This document shows, piece after piece, positions 20,106 through 30,480 of a DNA stretch of 64,000 nucleotides. Made by a program: the position numbers and the translations under genes. How positions within the stretch are numbered: position 1 is the stretch's first letter; each line of letters starts with the position of its first letter. The stretch comes from Trueperaceae bacterium (GTDB lineage Bacteria > Deinococcota > Deinococci > Deinococcales > Trueperaceae), in NCBI GenBank assembly GCA_040905465.1, contig JBBDRK010000049.1:1-64000 (forward strand). Reading direction: 5' to 3'. The notes under the pieces were generated by a model, which was not told the DNA's origin, ran no database searches, and saw only the letters and a list, made by a program, of their open reading frames with translations.

Positions 20106-21361
20106 CTCCCTTTCGTGACGATGCCCTCGATCGCCTCGATCATCTCGTTCAGGTCAGGGGCGATGGAGATCGCCTCGTTCCGCCGTCCCAGGTAGGCGCC
20201 CAGATCCTTGAGTCCGTGACCTGTCACCATGCAGACGACCGACGCGTCGGGTGCGATCTCACCCTGTTCGATCATTCGAATCGCGCCGGCTACCGCCACT
20301 GCTCCGGTGGGCTCCGCGGCCACCCCCTCCTTTATAGCAATGGCGTCGGCGGCGTCCATTATCGCCTGGTCGTCCACCGCGATCACCGCTCCCCGGCTCT
20401 CCCGAACCCGTCTAAGCGTCAGCGTCCCATCATTGGCATAGCCCTGCAGCGGATCGCGTATCCCGCTGGCGACCGTCTTCGGGTCGCCCCACGCTTCCAC
20501 CTCGACGTCACCGGCGTCGAAGGCCCTGGCGATAGGCGCGCAACCGGCAGCCTGAACGGCTACCATGCGCGGCAGCCGATCGATGAGGCCGCACTGGCGC
20601 AGCTCCTCGAACCCCTTGTGGATACCCACCAGAAGCGGCCCGGAACTGACCGGCACGAGTATCCAGTCGGGTACTCGCCCGAGCTCGCTCCATAGCTCCC
20701 AAGCCACGGTTCGGTTCGCCTCGGTTGGGTAAGCGCTCAACAGGGTCGACGTCACGTCGTACCACCCGCTCCGCTGGGCCCAGGCGAGTGCCAGGTCGTA
20801 GGCGCGACTGAAGTGCCCGGTGACCGAAAGCAGCGTCGCCCCGTGCATGGCTATCTGGGCTGCCTTCCCGGTGGGAAGATCGTCCGGTACCAGCACCACT
20901 GCCGGCAGGCCCGCCCGGGCTGCATAGGCTGCGACGGCAGCACCGGCGTTTCCGCTCGAGGCCGTCACCACGCCGCCGACGCCCCACTCACGCGCCTTGG
21001 TCAAGGCCATCGAGACGGGGCGGTCCTTGAACGAGCCGGTAGGGTTGGCGTTCTCGACCTTGAACCACAGGTCCCTTACCCCGCCCCACTCAGTAGGGCG
21101 TTCGGAGCGCACCAGTGGAGTTCCACCCTCACCGAGCGTCACCGGTGAATCGCCAATCGCTGTGGGGAGGAGCTGGCGCCAGCGCCACATCGAGCGCTCG
21201 GCGCTGGCCCGAGCGGTGAGGAAGCTCTGCCTCCATTCCTCGCTATCACCGCGGTAGCGGGCGTCGAGGATGCCGCCGCAGCGCGGGCATTTGGTGCGGT
21301 GCGTGAGCGCCGCTTCCTTGCCGCAGTCGACACACTCGAGCGCCTCGAGTTCAGGAGGCAT
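20102..21361 (-). CDS. Threonine synthase-like PLP enzyme
   Basis: CxxC..CxxC, LGEGGTPL, NPTGSFKDR, ASSGNAG and TGHGLK motifs. Confidence 0.88.
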   Translation of the reverse strand: MPPELEALECVDCGKEAALTHRTKCPRCGGILDARYRGDSEEWRQSFLTARASAERSMWRWRQLLPTAIGDSPVTLGEGGTPLVRSERPTEWGGVRDLWFKVENANPTGSFKDRPVSMALTKAREWGVGGVVTASSGNAGAAVAAYAARAGLPAVVLVPDDLPTGKAAQIAMHGATLLSVTGHFSRAYDLALAWAQRSGWYDVTSTLLSAYPTEANRTVAWELWSELGRVPDWILVPVSSGPLLVGIHKGFEELRQCGLIDRLPRMVAVQAAGCAPIARAFDAGDVEVEAWGDPKTVASGIRDPLQGYANDGTLTLRRVRESRGAVIAVDDQAIMDAADAIAIKEGVAAEPTGAVAVAGAIRMIEQGEIAPDASVVCMVTGHGLKDLGAYLGRRNEAISIAPDLNEMIEAIEGIVTKGS

Positions 21362-21376
21362 GATTCGTAAGCGCGT

Positions 21377-22966
21377 TCATGGAATCGCTCGCCCCGGTCG
21401 GGCCGAGGTCACTCGGCCCTCATCGATGACTGCTTCACCATTCACCCACAGCCCGTCGATGCCGGTCGAAAGCTGGATCGGGTCGTCATAGCTGGCATGG
21501 TCCTCGAGCGCCTGAGGATCGAAGAGCACGAGGTCGGCGAAGGCGCCCTGGCGCAAGATACCGCGATCGGTGAGCCCGAACGTTCGCGCCGGCAGGCTGG
21601 TCATGGCCTCGACGACGCGCTCGAGTGGCAGCTTTCCGGTCTCCCTGGCGAAGCGGACGATGCGGGGGAAGGTTCCGAAGGTGCGCGGATGCGGGAACTG
21701 GGCTACGGGGATGCCGTCGCTTCCCACCATGTAATCGCCGCGCCCCAGCACCTCGAGGACCTGATCCATGTGGGTAGTCAGTACGTCGCGATCGCTGGGC
21801 GGGGCCTCGCGTCCTCCCACCACCAGATCCTCCATGTCGAGGAGGCGCAAAACGGCCTCCCCCACCGGGACACCCCAGTCGGCCGCTATGGCGTCCAAGG
21901 TACGACCCACATAGCGCGGATCAGGTCCGCTTCCCAGGTAGGAGACGGTCGTTCCGAAAGGAGCTATGGTATTGCCCTCGATTTCCCGGACCAGTCGATC
22001 GCGCTCGCGGCCCGACCTGATCAGCTCGAGGATGGCGTCCGGCCCGCCCACGTGAGCCCATGGCGGCAGGTAGATGAGGAGGTAAGTGTTGCCGCTCGGG
22101 TACGGGTAGAGCTCGAGGGTCACCGTGGCACCCTGCTCACGGGCTGCCGCCACCAGCCTCAACATGATATCCGGCGTCGGATAACGCCACGGCTTGGGGC
22201 CAAAGTGGGAGATGTGAACAGGAGCGCCGCTACGCACCCCGATCGTGACCGCTTCCTCCAGCCCCGCCATCAGCCAGTCGTCCACCGGAGATTCGAACAC
22301 CGAACGGACGTGAGTAACGTAGGGCCGGCCCGCCCCTGCGGCTACCTCGCAAAGCGCCACGTGCTCATCGGTGTCGCCATACGTGTTGGGAAAGTAGCTC
22401 AGCCCAGTGGAAAAGGCCACCGCTCCCTCTTCGAACCCCACCTCCAGCAGCCGGCGTGCCCGCTTCAGATCATCGCCCTCGAGCGGCACGTCCTGGAAGC
22501 CGACGGTTTCGAGTCGCGCCGCGGCGTGCGGGAAGCAGTAGGCGGTGTTCATCGTGACGGTCCGGTCGAATGCCGCGCGGTACTGGGCCACGCTCTCCCA
22601 GCTAGCTGGGCTTCGAGCATTGCCGTTGAGTCCGGCCAGGTAGCGCCTGTACATGGCCAGGTTGGCTGGCGCCAGGGGCGCGTAGGAGAGGCCGTCCTGA
22701 CCCTGGATCACGGTCGTTACGCCCTGCCTCAGGAAGCACTCGTGGACTGGCTCGTCGAGGAGGGTCATGTCGGTATGGACGTGCGTGTCGATGAATCCGG
22801 GCGCCAGGACTTTGCCCCCGGCATCGATCTCGCGCCCGGCCGAAGCTCCGCGCAGGTCCCCGACTGCGGTGATGCGGCCACCGTCGACAAGTACGCTCCC
22901 CCGACGCCATTGGCTCCCGCTGCCATCGATGAGCGTTGCGTCTTTTATCAGTAGGTCTCCGGTCAC
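21377..22966 (-). CDS. N-acyl-D-amino-acid deacylase (amidohydrolase)
   Basis: PGFIDTHVH, QGVTT, HISH, GSDG and HPRTFGTFPR motifs. Confidence 0.88.
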   Translation of the reverse strand: MTGDLLIKDATLIDGSGSQWRRGSVLVDGGRITAVGDLRGASAGREIDAGGKVLAPGFIDTHVHTDMTLLDEPVHECFLRQGVTTVIQGQDGLSYAPLAPANLAMYRRYLAGLNGNARSPASWESVAQYRAAFDRTVTMNTAYCFPHAAARLETVGFQDVPLEGDDLKRARRLLEVGFEEGAVAFSTGLSYFPNTYGDTDEHVALCEVAAGAGRPYVTHVRSVFESPVDDWLMAGLEEAVTIGVRSGAPVHISHFGPKPWRYPTPDIMLRLVAAAREQGATVTLELYPYPSGNTYLLIYLPPWAHVGGPDAILELIRSGRERDRLVREIEGNTIAPFGTTVSYLGSGPDPRYVGRTLDAIAADWGVPVGEAVLRLLDMEDLVVGGREAPPSDRDVLTTHMDQVLEVLGRGDYMVGSDGIPVAQFPHPRTFGTFPRIVRFARETGKLPLERVVEAMTSLPARTFGLTDRGILRQGAFADLVLFDPQALEDHASYDDPIQLSTGIDGLWVNGEAVIDEGRVTSARPGRAIP

Positions 22967-23042
22967 TAGCTACTCCGTTCTGGGGGGTGGATAGGAAAGG
23001 CGAGCCGGCACCGCCACGGTTCGCTGAAGCCAAGGGGCATCA

Positions 23043-23918
23043 CTACCCGCTCCCGCGCAGGTGCGGGTCGAGCATGTCGCGGATGCCGTCTCCCAGCAGG
23101 TTGAGCCCAAGTACGGTCCAGAGGATTGCCAGGCCCGGGAGCACGGTGAGCCAGGCTGCGCGCTGGATGTAAACCCTACCTTCGTTGAGGATCGTTCCCC
23201 ACGTCGGAACGTCGGGAGGTACACCCACTCCCAGGAAGCTAAGGCTGGCTTCCCCGAGGATGGCGTAGGCGAAGATGAACGTCCATTGGACGATGATAGG
23301 TGAGATTGCGTTAGGAACGACGTGCCTTCCCAGCAGCCGCCCGTCCCGAGCGCCGAGCGCTCGCGCCGCTTCGACGTAGGAGAGTTCTCGGACCTGCAGT
23401 ACTGCTCCCCTCACCACCCTTGCCATCCTGGGGGCGTAGGTGATCGAGAGGGCGATGATGATGTTCTGAAGGCTTGCCCCCAGCGTGGCCATAAGCAGTA
23501 TCGCCAGGACGATGTTCGGGAACGACATGAAACCGTCCATGATGCGCATCAGTACCCCATCCAGCCGCGGGTAGAAGCCCGACAGCACGCCGAAGACGCC
23601 ACCCAACGCGAGGCAGGCAAGGCTCACCAGGAAGCCCACCGACAACGAGACTCGCGCTCCGTACACGACTCGGCTGAAAATGTCGCGGCCGAGATCGTCG
23701 GTGCCGAACAGCGCCTTCGGGTTGGGCGGCTGCAGGCGGTTCATGACATCGAACTCGTTGGGTGATGCAGGGGCGATATACGGCGCGAAGATCGCGACGA
23801 GCACGATGGAAAGGACCATGAAGGAGCCGATGACGATACCCCTCCGGCGGCTGAGCACTCGCCCGAGGTGGACCCTAAATGGAGTTCGGGCTGCGAGTTC
23901 GCCTACTGAGCTAGTCAT
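23043..23918 (-). CDS. Peptide/nickel ABC permease (DppC-like)
   Basis: FGTDDLGRD, YVEAARALG and EASLSFLG motifs. Confidence 0.92.
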   Translation of the reverse strand: MTSSVGELAARTPFRVHLGRVLSRRRGIVIGSFMVLSIVLVAIFAPYIAPASPNEFDVMNRLQPPNPKALFGTDDLGRDIFSRVVYGARVSLSVGFLVSLACLALGGVFGVLSGFYPRLDGVLMRIMDGFMSFPNIVLAILLMATLGASLQNIIIALSITYAPRMARVVRGAVLQVRELSYVEAARALGARDGRLLGRHVVPNAISPIIVQWTFIFAYAILGEASLSFLGVGVPPDVPTWGTILNEGRVYIQRAAWLTVLPGLAILWTVLGLNLLGDGIRDMLDPHLRGSG

Positions 23919-24858
23919 AACGGATCCTCGGATCGATGAGACCGTAGGTCATGTCCACCAGGAGATTTGCCAGCACATAGGCAAAGGCGATATAGAGCGC
24001 AACGCCTTGAATGACCGGATAGTCGCGGCGCCCGACCGCCTGGATGAGCAGCCGACCGACTCCCGGGATGTTGAACACGATCTCGACGACTATCGCGCCG
24101 CCCAGCGAGAGGGCGAACACCAGGCCGATTACTGTGATGATCGGGATCATGGCGTTGCGCAGCGCGTGCTTGAGAACCAGGGGAAGCCGTGCAAGACCCT
24201 TCGCCTTGGCCGTACGGATGTAGTCGAGGGACATTACTTCGATAATGCTGCTTCGAGTCATGCGCGCGATTAGCGCCGACTGGATAAAGCCCACGGCAAG
24301 AGAGGCAAGCGTCAGGTGCCGAATGGCGGCCCACAGGCCCCCTTCTGCGATAGTGACGTAGCCCGCGACCGGGAACAGGCGCCACTCGACGCCGAACAGG
24401 ATCACGAGGTTGAGCGCCAACCAGAATTCTGGAATCGAGACCCCCAGCAGAGCCAGGAACATAAAGAACTGATCTATCCAGGTACCGCGTCGCAGGCCGG
24501 AGATAAGGCCGGCAGTGACGCCAATTACGATGGCAATGATGACGGCACCGAAGGTGAGGAGGAGCGTTGGCTCCAAGCGCGTCAGGATCGCTTCCGTTAC
24601 CGGCCGGCGCAGGAAGATCGACTCGCCCAGGTCGCCTACCATCGCTCGGGAGAACCACAGTGCGAACTGGACTGGTAGCGGCTGATTCAGGCCAAGTTCC
24701 TGCCTAAACCGCTCCACCTGCTCGAGGCGGGCGTCGGGACCAAGCATGACCCGAATCGGGTCGCCGGGCGCAAGGTGGATGAGCACGAATACGGTCGCGC
24801 CGACCACCAGAATGACCGGTACCGCCGCAAGCAGCCTACGCGCAACGAACGCGAGCAC
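23911..24858 (-). CDS. Peptide/nickel ABC permease (DppB-like)
   Basis: APGDP, YIRTAKAKG, RDYPVIQG and DPRIRY motifs. Confidence 0.92.
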   Translation of the reverse strand: MLAFVARRLLAAVPVILVVGATVFVLIHLAPGDPIRVMLGPDARLEQVERFRQELGLNQPLPVQFALWFSRAMVGDLGESIFLRRPVTEAILTRLEPTLLLTFGAVIIAIVIGVTAGLISGLRRGTWIDQFFMFLALLGVSIPEFWLALNLVILFGVEWRLFPVAGYVTIAEGGLWAAIRHLTLASLAVGFIQSALIARMTRSSIIEVMSLDYIRTAKAKGLARLPLVLKHALRNAMIPIITVIGLVFALSLGGAIVVEIVFNIPGVGRLLIQAVGRRDYPVIQGVALYIAFAYVLANLLVDMTYGLIDPRIRYD

Positions 24859-24897
24859 GCGCCCTCCTCTCCAGCGCAATGCACGAGGATAGTGGTT

Positions 24898-24969
24898 TCC
24901 TTTTCGCCCCGCGCGCTATTGCGCGGGGCGAAAAGGACGAAGGCGAGTGTGCGGCCAGGCCGCACACTC
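24898..24969 (-). terminator. Two tandem stem-loops between the SBP and permease genes
   Basis: 17-bp inverted repeat at 24898-24937 and 12-bp inverted repeat at 24945-24969. Confidence 0.65.
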
Positions 24970-24981
24970 CGCTTGGGGAAC

Positions 24982-26511
24982 TCACTCCCGAGAAACGTTC
25001 CAGAACGGCATCGTGTACCTGGCCTGCAATCCCTCCAGGTCGGGAGATGCCAGCGCCAGACCGTAGAAGTCGCCGATCTTGATGATCGCCACCTCTTCGT
25101 AGATCATCTCCTGGATCCGTTCCCAGACGGCGAACTGCGCGTCATGGCCCACGGCCTCGTTGAACTCGGCGAGGAGCGCATCCTTCTCCTCATCGGCCCA
25201 CCAGCCGGGCCAGAACTCGAACAGCCAGAGCTGGTAGAGGGGCGGGGAGGGCGACATCGAGTTGAAGGTCACGAAGAAGTCGTACATCTCCGGCTGCTGG
25301 CGCCGCTCGACGAGCGTCGCCCACTCCACCACCTGGAGGTCGACGTTGAAGCCCGCCTCCTCGGCCTGTTGCGCAGCGATGAGGCTGATCTTGTAGAGGA
25401 AGTCGTACTGGCGGCTGGTCAGGATGCGCAGAGGGCTTCCGTCGTAGTCGCACTCTTCCAGCATTTGAGCGGCGCGCTCGGGATCGCCCTGGTTGTATGC
25501 CTCCAGGCCGGCCTCGCCGAACCAAGCCGCGATCTCGGGCGGATAGATGCTGCCGTTCACGTCGTAGAGCTCCGGGTCACCGAACCCACCGGCCATCATC
25601 ACGTCCATGTCCAGTGACGCCTGGAGCGCCTGCCGCAGGCACTTGTCGGTGAACAGCCCTTGGGACTTGTTCAACGCGAAGAACGGCCATCCGAATGGGG
25701 AGATCAGTACCGGATCGACACTCGCGTCGTTGGCGAACTGCGCGTGCATATCGGGGTTGAGATCGAGTGCCACGTCGTACTGACCAGCCTGAACGCCGGC
25801 GGCGCGTACCGAAACGTCCGGGACCGGGATGAAGCGCAGGGTCTCGAAAATCGCTTCACGTCGTCCCGCGAAGCCGCTCGGCTCATCTTCGCGAGTTGCG
25901 TAGTCTTCGAAGCGAGTGAGCTCGATATGGCGATCGGGCAGCCACTCGACGAACTGGTAGGGACCCGTCCCGATGTAGTCCTGGATGGGATCCTCACCGT
26001 ACTCTTCTATGATCTCCGAGGGATAGATCGGTGAGCCGTCGGCCGCCAGCATGGTGATGAGGGGAGCCACGGGCTCGCTCAGTTCCAGGCGAACGGTCAG
26101 TTCGTCCGTGGCCTCCAGACTCACCAGGACCGGCTCCACGTTCGATGACGCGGTGGTCTCCACGGTCATCCAGCGTTCGAGTGAGGCGACGACGTCTTCA
26201 GAATCGAGCATCGACCCGTCGTGGAACGGCACGCCCTCGCGAAGGTTGAATGTGTAGACCCTTCCGTCGTCGCTCACTTCGAAGTCGCTCACCAGGTGCG
26301 GTATCGGTTCCCAGTTGGCGTTGAAGGTGAACAGGTTCTCGAACATGTGCTTGCCGATGTGTTGAGTGAGGATACCGAACGGCATCATGGCGTCCAGACC
26401 GGGAGGTTCTCCGACCGTAGCGATCTGGAGTTGGTCTTCTTGCGCGTGTGCGGCTCCTGCGAGCAGGAGCGCCGCCAGGACCGAGGCGGTCCATGTTCTC
26501 CAGTTATGCAT
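24982..26511 (-). CDS. Peptide-family (SBP_5) ABC substrate-binding protein
   Basis: Signal peptide ending AHAQ, LREGVPFHDG and IGTGPY motifs. Confidence 0.92.
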   Translation of the reverse strand: MHNWRTWTASVLAALLLAGAAHAQEDQLQIATVGEPPGLDAMMPFGILTQHIGKHMFENLFTFNANWEPIPHLVSDFEVSDDGRVYTFNLREGVPFHDGSMLDSEDVVASLERWMTVETTASSNVEPVLVSLEATDELTVRLELSEPVAPLITMLAADGSPIYPSEIIEEYGEDPIQDYIGTGPYQFVEWLPDRHIELTRFEDYATREDEPSGFAGRREAIFETLRFIPVPDVSVRAAGVQAGQYDVALDLNPDMHAQFANDASVDPVLISPFGWPFFALNKSQGLFTDKCLRQALQASLDMDVMMAGGFGDPELYDVNGSIYPPEIAAWFGEAGLEAYNQGDPERAAQMLEECDYDGSPLRILTSRQYDFLYKISLIAAQQAEEAGFNVDLQVVEWATLVERRQQPEMYDFFVTFNSMSPSPPLYQLWLFEFWPGWWADEEKDALLAEFNEAVGHDAQFAVWERIQEMIYEEVAIIKIGDFYGLALASPDLEGLQARYTMPFWNVSRE

Positions 26512-26683
26512 CAGTGATCCCTTTCATGTGCTGGTAATCGATTTGACGCTTCCATGCGCTGGGGCATGGACATCGTCCCCGTTAGCCGTACCTCCTCCTC
26601 TCCTCTGAATGCGACTTGATAACTGCAACTCCACGAGGGCTGTGCCCCGGTGGTGGGGGGATCGGTTTGCCCAGGCCTCAACG

Positions 26684-27154
26684 TTAGCCGTGGGCGAGCT
26701 CGAAGGCGACCTCTATCTCGACGGGAATGTCGAACGGCAGCTTGCTGGTGCCGATCGCGCTCCTGGCATGACGACCGACGTCGGGTCCGAAGGCGGTGAT
26801 GAACAGGTCCGAGGCGCCGTTCATCACGAAGGGTTGACGTTCGAAGTCATCGGCGCTCGCAACGAAGCCGAGCAGCTTGACGACCCGGGTCACCCGTGAC
26901 AGGTCCCCGATCGAGCCCTTCAGGGCGGCGATGGTATTCAGGGCTGCGATGCGCGCGGCATCGATCCCCTCCTCCTCGCTCACCTCACGGCCGACACGGC
27001 CCCGATATACCGGTTGCCCGTCTCGGAGAGGGCCCTGGCCCGACACGAAGATCAGCTGGCCGGTCCGTACGGTAGGCACGTAGGAGGCGACGGGAGCGAC
27101 AGGGGTGGGCAATTCGAGACCGGCTTCACGAAGACGGGATACGACGGTGGACAT
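26684..27154 (-). CDS. RidA/YjgF family protein
   Basis: FVSGQGP, VMNGASDL, GRHARSAIG and PVEIE motifs; AAGGAG RBS. Confidence 0.9.
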   Translation of the reverse strand: MSTVVSRLREAGLELPTPVAPVASYVPTVRTGQLIFVSGQGPLRDGQPVYRGRVGREVSEEEGIDAARIAALNTIAALKGSIGDLSRVTRVVKLLGFVASADDFERQPFVMNGASDLFITAFGPDVGRHARSAIGTSKLPFDIPVEIEVAFELAHG

Positions 27155-27480
27155 GGACTCTCCTTTTAAACTTGGAATTAGTGGGACGAAAGCGGGTAGT
27201 CGGCAAGTTTCAGTCTCCATCGCCGCTGCTGCTCACGCTCGGGCCATTCCGGCCGACTCTAACGGGTAGGCGGGGCGGAGACGGAAATGGTACGGGAGCA
27301 AGGTCCGGTCGGCGGGGCAGGGACCGGGCGTTGCGACGGCATGCTGGGCCGTGGCGATCCGATCATCGCTCCGCGAGACCAGCATCGCGAGCAGAGAGAG
27401 CGGGCCGTGCTCGCGAAGCTCCCACAGCGTAGCGAGGTGGGTAGTCGGTCACAGGCAAAAGTCCTCCCCGGAAGACGAGG

Positions 27481-28377
27481 TCATCTGGTCGTTAGCCGGC
27501 TTGCGCTCTTGTGGCGCCCTCGAGCTTCGTCGCCGCCTCCGCTCGCCTCGTCGCGCCATGCTCGACCGGTGGCCAAGAGCGCGTCGACGATCGAGACGCG
27601 TAGCTCATCCGTTAGGCGAGTTCTTGGCACGGCCACGCTTATCGCGGCTATCGGACGATCTTCGTCGAGAAGAGGTACTGCAAGGCAACCTACCCCGTAA
27701 TCGTTGTGTTCGTCATCGAGCGCCCAACCTTCCTTTCGAGCACGGGCGAGGATAGGGCGAAGCTCAGCCACTCCGGTCGCTGTGCCCGCCGTTCGTGCTT
27801 CAAATGGCCCAAATGCCAGAAGCTGCTCCCGCTCCCCCTCCGACAGGTGCGAAACAATTGCTCGGCCGAGAGCGGTGCTGTGAAACGGATCCGAACTTCC
27901 CGGACGCAGAATCCACTTCAACGGCTGACTTGTCGCCAGAGAACAGAGGTAGTAAACGCGATCGCCCTCGAGAACGCCAAGGTTCACGGTTTCGTCGAAG
28001 CGGGAGTGAAGCTTGTCCAAGTACTGCCGTGCACGCTCAAGAAGGCCATCGAAGCGGGTCTTACGACCGAGCTGCGCTAGTCGGATGGTCAGTCGATAGT
28101 CGCCGGAGGGTGAATCCTGACCCACATAGCCGAGGACGTACAAAGTCTGCAGAATCCGGAAGGCGGTCGCCTTTGGTATCCCCGTACGTTCAGCGATTTC
28201 TCGCAAGGGAACCGGCTCTGCGAATTCGTCCAGCGCTTCCAAGACTACGAATGCCTTGTCCAATACAGCAATCCGGCTTGCGCGCGTTACCTGGACATCG
28301 ACTACTTGCCCCTCGGCGTGCGTCACTGAATTCGGATTCTGCGTCACGGATTCCCTAGGATTCCTTGCGCGACTCAC
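27481..28377 (-). CDS. IclR family transcriptional regulator
   Basis: IPKATAFRIL HTH, STALGRA and GWALDDEH motifs; start uncertain. Confidence 0.88.
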   Translation of the reverse strand: MSRARNPRESVTQNPNSVTHAEGQVVDVQVTRASRIAVLDKAFVVLEALDEFAEPVPLREIAERTGIPKATAFRILQTLYVLGYVGQDSPSGDYRLTIRLAQLGRKTRFDGLLERARQYLDKLHSRFDETVNLGVLEGDRVYYLCSLATSQPLKWILRPGSSDPFHSTALGRAIVSHLSEGEREQLLAFGPFEARTAGTATGVAELRPILARARKEGWALDDEHNDYGVGCLAVPLLDEDRPIAAISVAVPRTRLTDELRVSIVDALLATGRAWRDEASGGGDEARGRHKSASRLTTR

Positions 28378-28400
28378 AGCCTGCTCCTAAAAGATGGGTG

Positions 28401-28473
28401 GTTCACGATGCGAACTAAGTGTTTTACATAGTAGAACAGCGGCAGATTTGAATGCAATCCCCTGCATTCAAAT
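28401..28473. promoter_or_regulatory. Cluster of AT-rich palindromes upstream of IclR
   Basis: GTTC-N7-GAAC at 28401-28415; GTTTTAC-ATA-GTAGAAC at 28421-28437; ATTTGAATGCA-N6-TGCATTCAAAT at 28446-28473. Confidence 0.55.
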
Positions 28474-28647
28474 AAACTCGAACCAGGCCACCTAACTGGC
28501 CCGTCAGACATCAGCTAGACCCACGCGACTCACGTCGCACCCTCGACCGACTACCAGGAACGATGAGGCCAGGAGGAGACGACGATGAAGGTCACTGCCT
28601 CGACGCGGCCTACCGCCTGCATGGCCGCCTCGCCTCTTGTTTCCCGG

Positions 28648-28752
28648 CTAACCGAACTCCACGAGGCGAGGATCGAAGTCGAGTGGGACCGGCTCATCCA
28701 CGTCGATCAATGCGAAGTCTCGATGCGCTGGGTTGAGCAGTACGTTTCGGCG
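28648..28752 (-). pseudogene. C-terminal remnant of a RES-domain toxin
   Basis: RRNVLLNPAHRDFALIDVDEPVPLDFDPRL matches the NxLxNPxHxDF...FDxRL end of RES proteins. Confidence 0.65.
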
Positions 28753-28887
28753 AGGCGGTCGAGCTCGACCGTTCCCTCGAGTCGAGTTCTCAACCCTGTG
28801 CCAATGGTTTCGTAGGGAGGCAAAAGGCAACGCACGATGACCGGGCCGTTCTCCAAGCCAGTGCATCTGCTCAATTGACGCCCCCGG

Positions 28888-30480
28888 TCAGTACCCCACC
28901 GCCTGCCCGTCCTTACGGTGATCCGAGGCCGCCAGGTAGGCGTCCTCCAGTTTGAGCACCAGCTGCGCTCCCCCGAAGGCGAAACTATCCTCCGGCGGGG
29001 CAAGGGTGATCTGGTGTCCTCGCGCGCGCAAGTCGTTCACCACCTCGGCGGACACGCCTGCCTCCACCGCCACCTCGAGGCCGCCCGTTACCTGCCAGCG
29101 CGGGGCGTCACTCGCCGCCTGAGGGTTTTGGCCGTAATCGCGCAACCGCGTGACCATCTGTACGTGACCTTGCGGCTGCATCGGCCCGCCCATCACCCCG
29201 AAGCTCATGAGCGGTTGCCCACCGCGGGTGAGGAATCCGGGGATGATGGTGTGAAGGGGGCGCTTGCTGCCAGCCACTTCGTTGGGGTGGCCCCTTTCGA
29301 GCACGAAGCCGGCGCCGCGGTTTTGCAAGGCGATGCCCGTTCCCGGCACCACGATGCCGGAACCGAAGCCGTAGTAGTTCGACTGGATGAAGGAAACCAT
29401 CATGCCGCTCTGATCGGCCGTTGTGAGGTAGACGGTACCGCCGTTCTGCGGCCGGCCCGCTTGCGGATCTCTCGCCTCCTTCATGTCGATGCAGCGAGCA
29501 CGCTCTCGCAGGTACCCTTCGTCCAGCAGGCTTTCCACCGGGATGGTCATCGCTTCGGCTTCCGCCAAGTGACGGTGGACATCGGCGAAGGCCAGCTTCA
29601 TGGCCTCTATCTGCAGGTGCAGGCTGTCGGCGGAGTCTACCGGCAACTCCGCCAGCGGATGGTGCTCGAGGATGCCCAGGGCCATCAAAGCGGCCATCCC
29701 CTGGCCGTTTGGAGGGATCTCGTGCAGCTCGACCTCGTGGTACCGCTGCGACAGCGTCCCGACCCACTCGGACCGGTGGGCGGCCAGGTCGGCCTCCCCC
29801 AGTACCGCTCCGTTACGCTTGGCGTACGCCGCGATCTCCTGCGCCAAGTGCCCGCGATAAAACGACTCGCCGTGCGAGTCGGCGATCGATTCCAGGGTGC
29901 GGGCCTGTTCCGGATGACGGAAACGCTCGCCCGGCCGGGGCGCTCGGCCCTCGGGCAGGAACGCCTTGCCGAACTCGTCGAACCCCTTGAAGGTCGCCTC
30001 CGCCCGTGCCCACATGCGGGCGGTGGAGGGTGAGACCGCGAACCCATCGGTCGCATAGCGGATCGCGGGCTCGAACAGGCGAGCGAACGGCAGGCGTCCG
30101 AAGCGCCGGGAGAGCTCCGCCCACGCCGCTACCGCTCCCGGCACGGTGACGCTGTTCCAGCCTCGCAGCGGTATGGCGTCGAGCGTGCCGAAGCGCTCTC
30201 GAGTGAGGTCGGCAGGAGAGCGGCCGGAGCCGTTCAGTCCATGCATCTCCTGGCCGTCCCATACTATGGCGAACGCGTCCGCCCCGATCCCGTTGCCGGT
30301 CGGCTCTACCACGGTGAGAGCGATGGCGGTGGCCAGCGCGGCGTCCACCGCGTTCCCGCCCTGCTGCATCATCTGCAGTCCCGCCTGGGCGGCCAGAGGT
30401 TGCGACGTGGCGACTACGTTTCCGGCGAGCACGGGGAACCGCTGCGAAGAGTACGGTAGATCGTAACTGACCTTGGTCAT
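28888..30480 (-). CDS. ggt: Gamma-glutamyltransferase family Ntn-hydrolase
   Basis: GGNAVDAA, PPNGQG, nucleophile G-T-VYL, KRPLHTIIPG and GVMGG motifs. Confidence 0.9.
   Translation of the reverse strand: MTKVSYDLPYSSQRFPVLAGNVVATSQPLAAQAGLQMMQQGGNAVDAALATAIALTVVEPTGNGIGADAFAIVWDGQEMHGLNGSGRSPADLTRERFGTLDAIPLRGWNSVTVPGAVAAWAELSRRFGRLPFARLFEPAIRYATDGFAVSPSTARMWARAEATFKGFDEFGKAFLPEGRAPRPGERFRHPEQARTLESIADSHGESFYRGHLAQEIAAYAKRNGAVLGEADLAAHRSEWVGTLSQRYHEVELHEIPPNGQGMAALMALGILEHHPLAELPVDSADSLHLQIEAMKLAFADVHRHLAEAEAMTIPVESLLDEGYLRERARCIDMKEARDPQAGRPQNGGTVYLTTADQSGMMVSFIQSNYYGFGSGIVVPGTGIALQNRGAGFVLERGHPNEVAGSKRPLHTIIPGFLTRGGQPLMSFGVMGGPMQPQGHVQMVTRLRDYGQNPQAASDAPRWQVTGGLEVAVEAGVSAEVVNDLRARGHQITLAPPEDSFAFGGAQLVLKLEDAYLAASDHRKDGQAVGY

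Noticed and set aside
27230-27470. Possible MarR-like remnant (TLWELREHGPLSL) on the minus strand
   Set aside because: Too short to support
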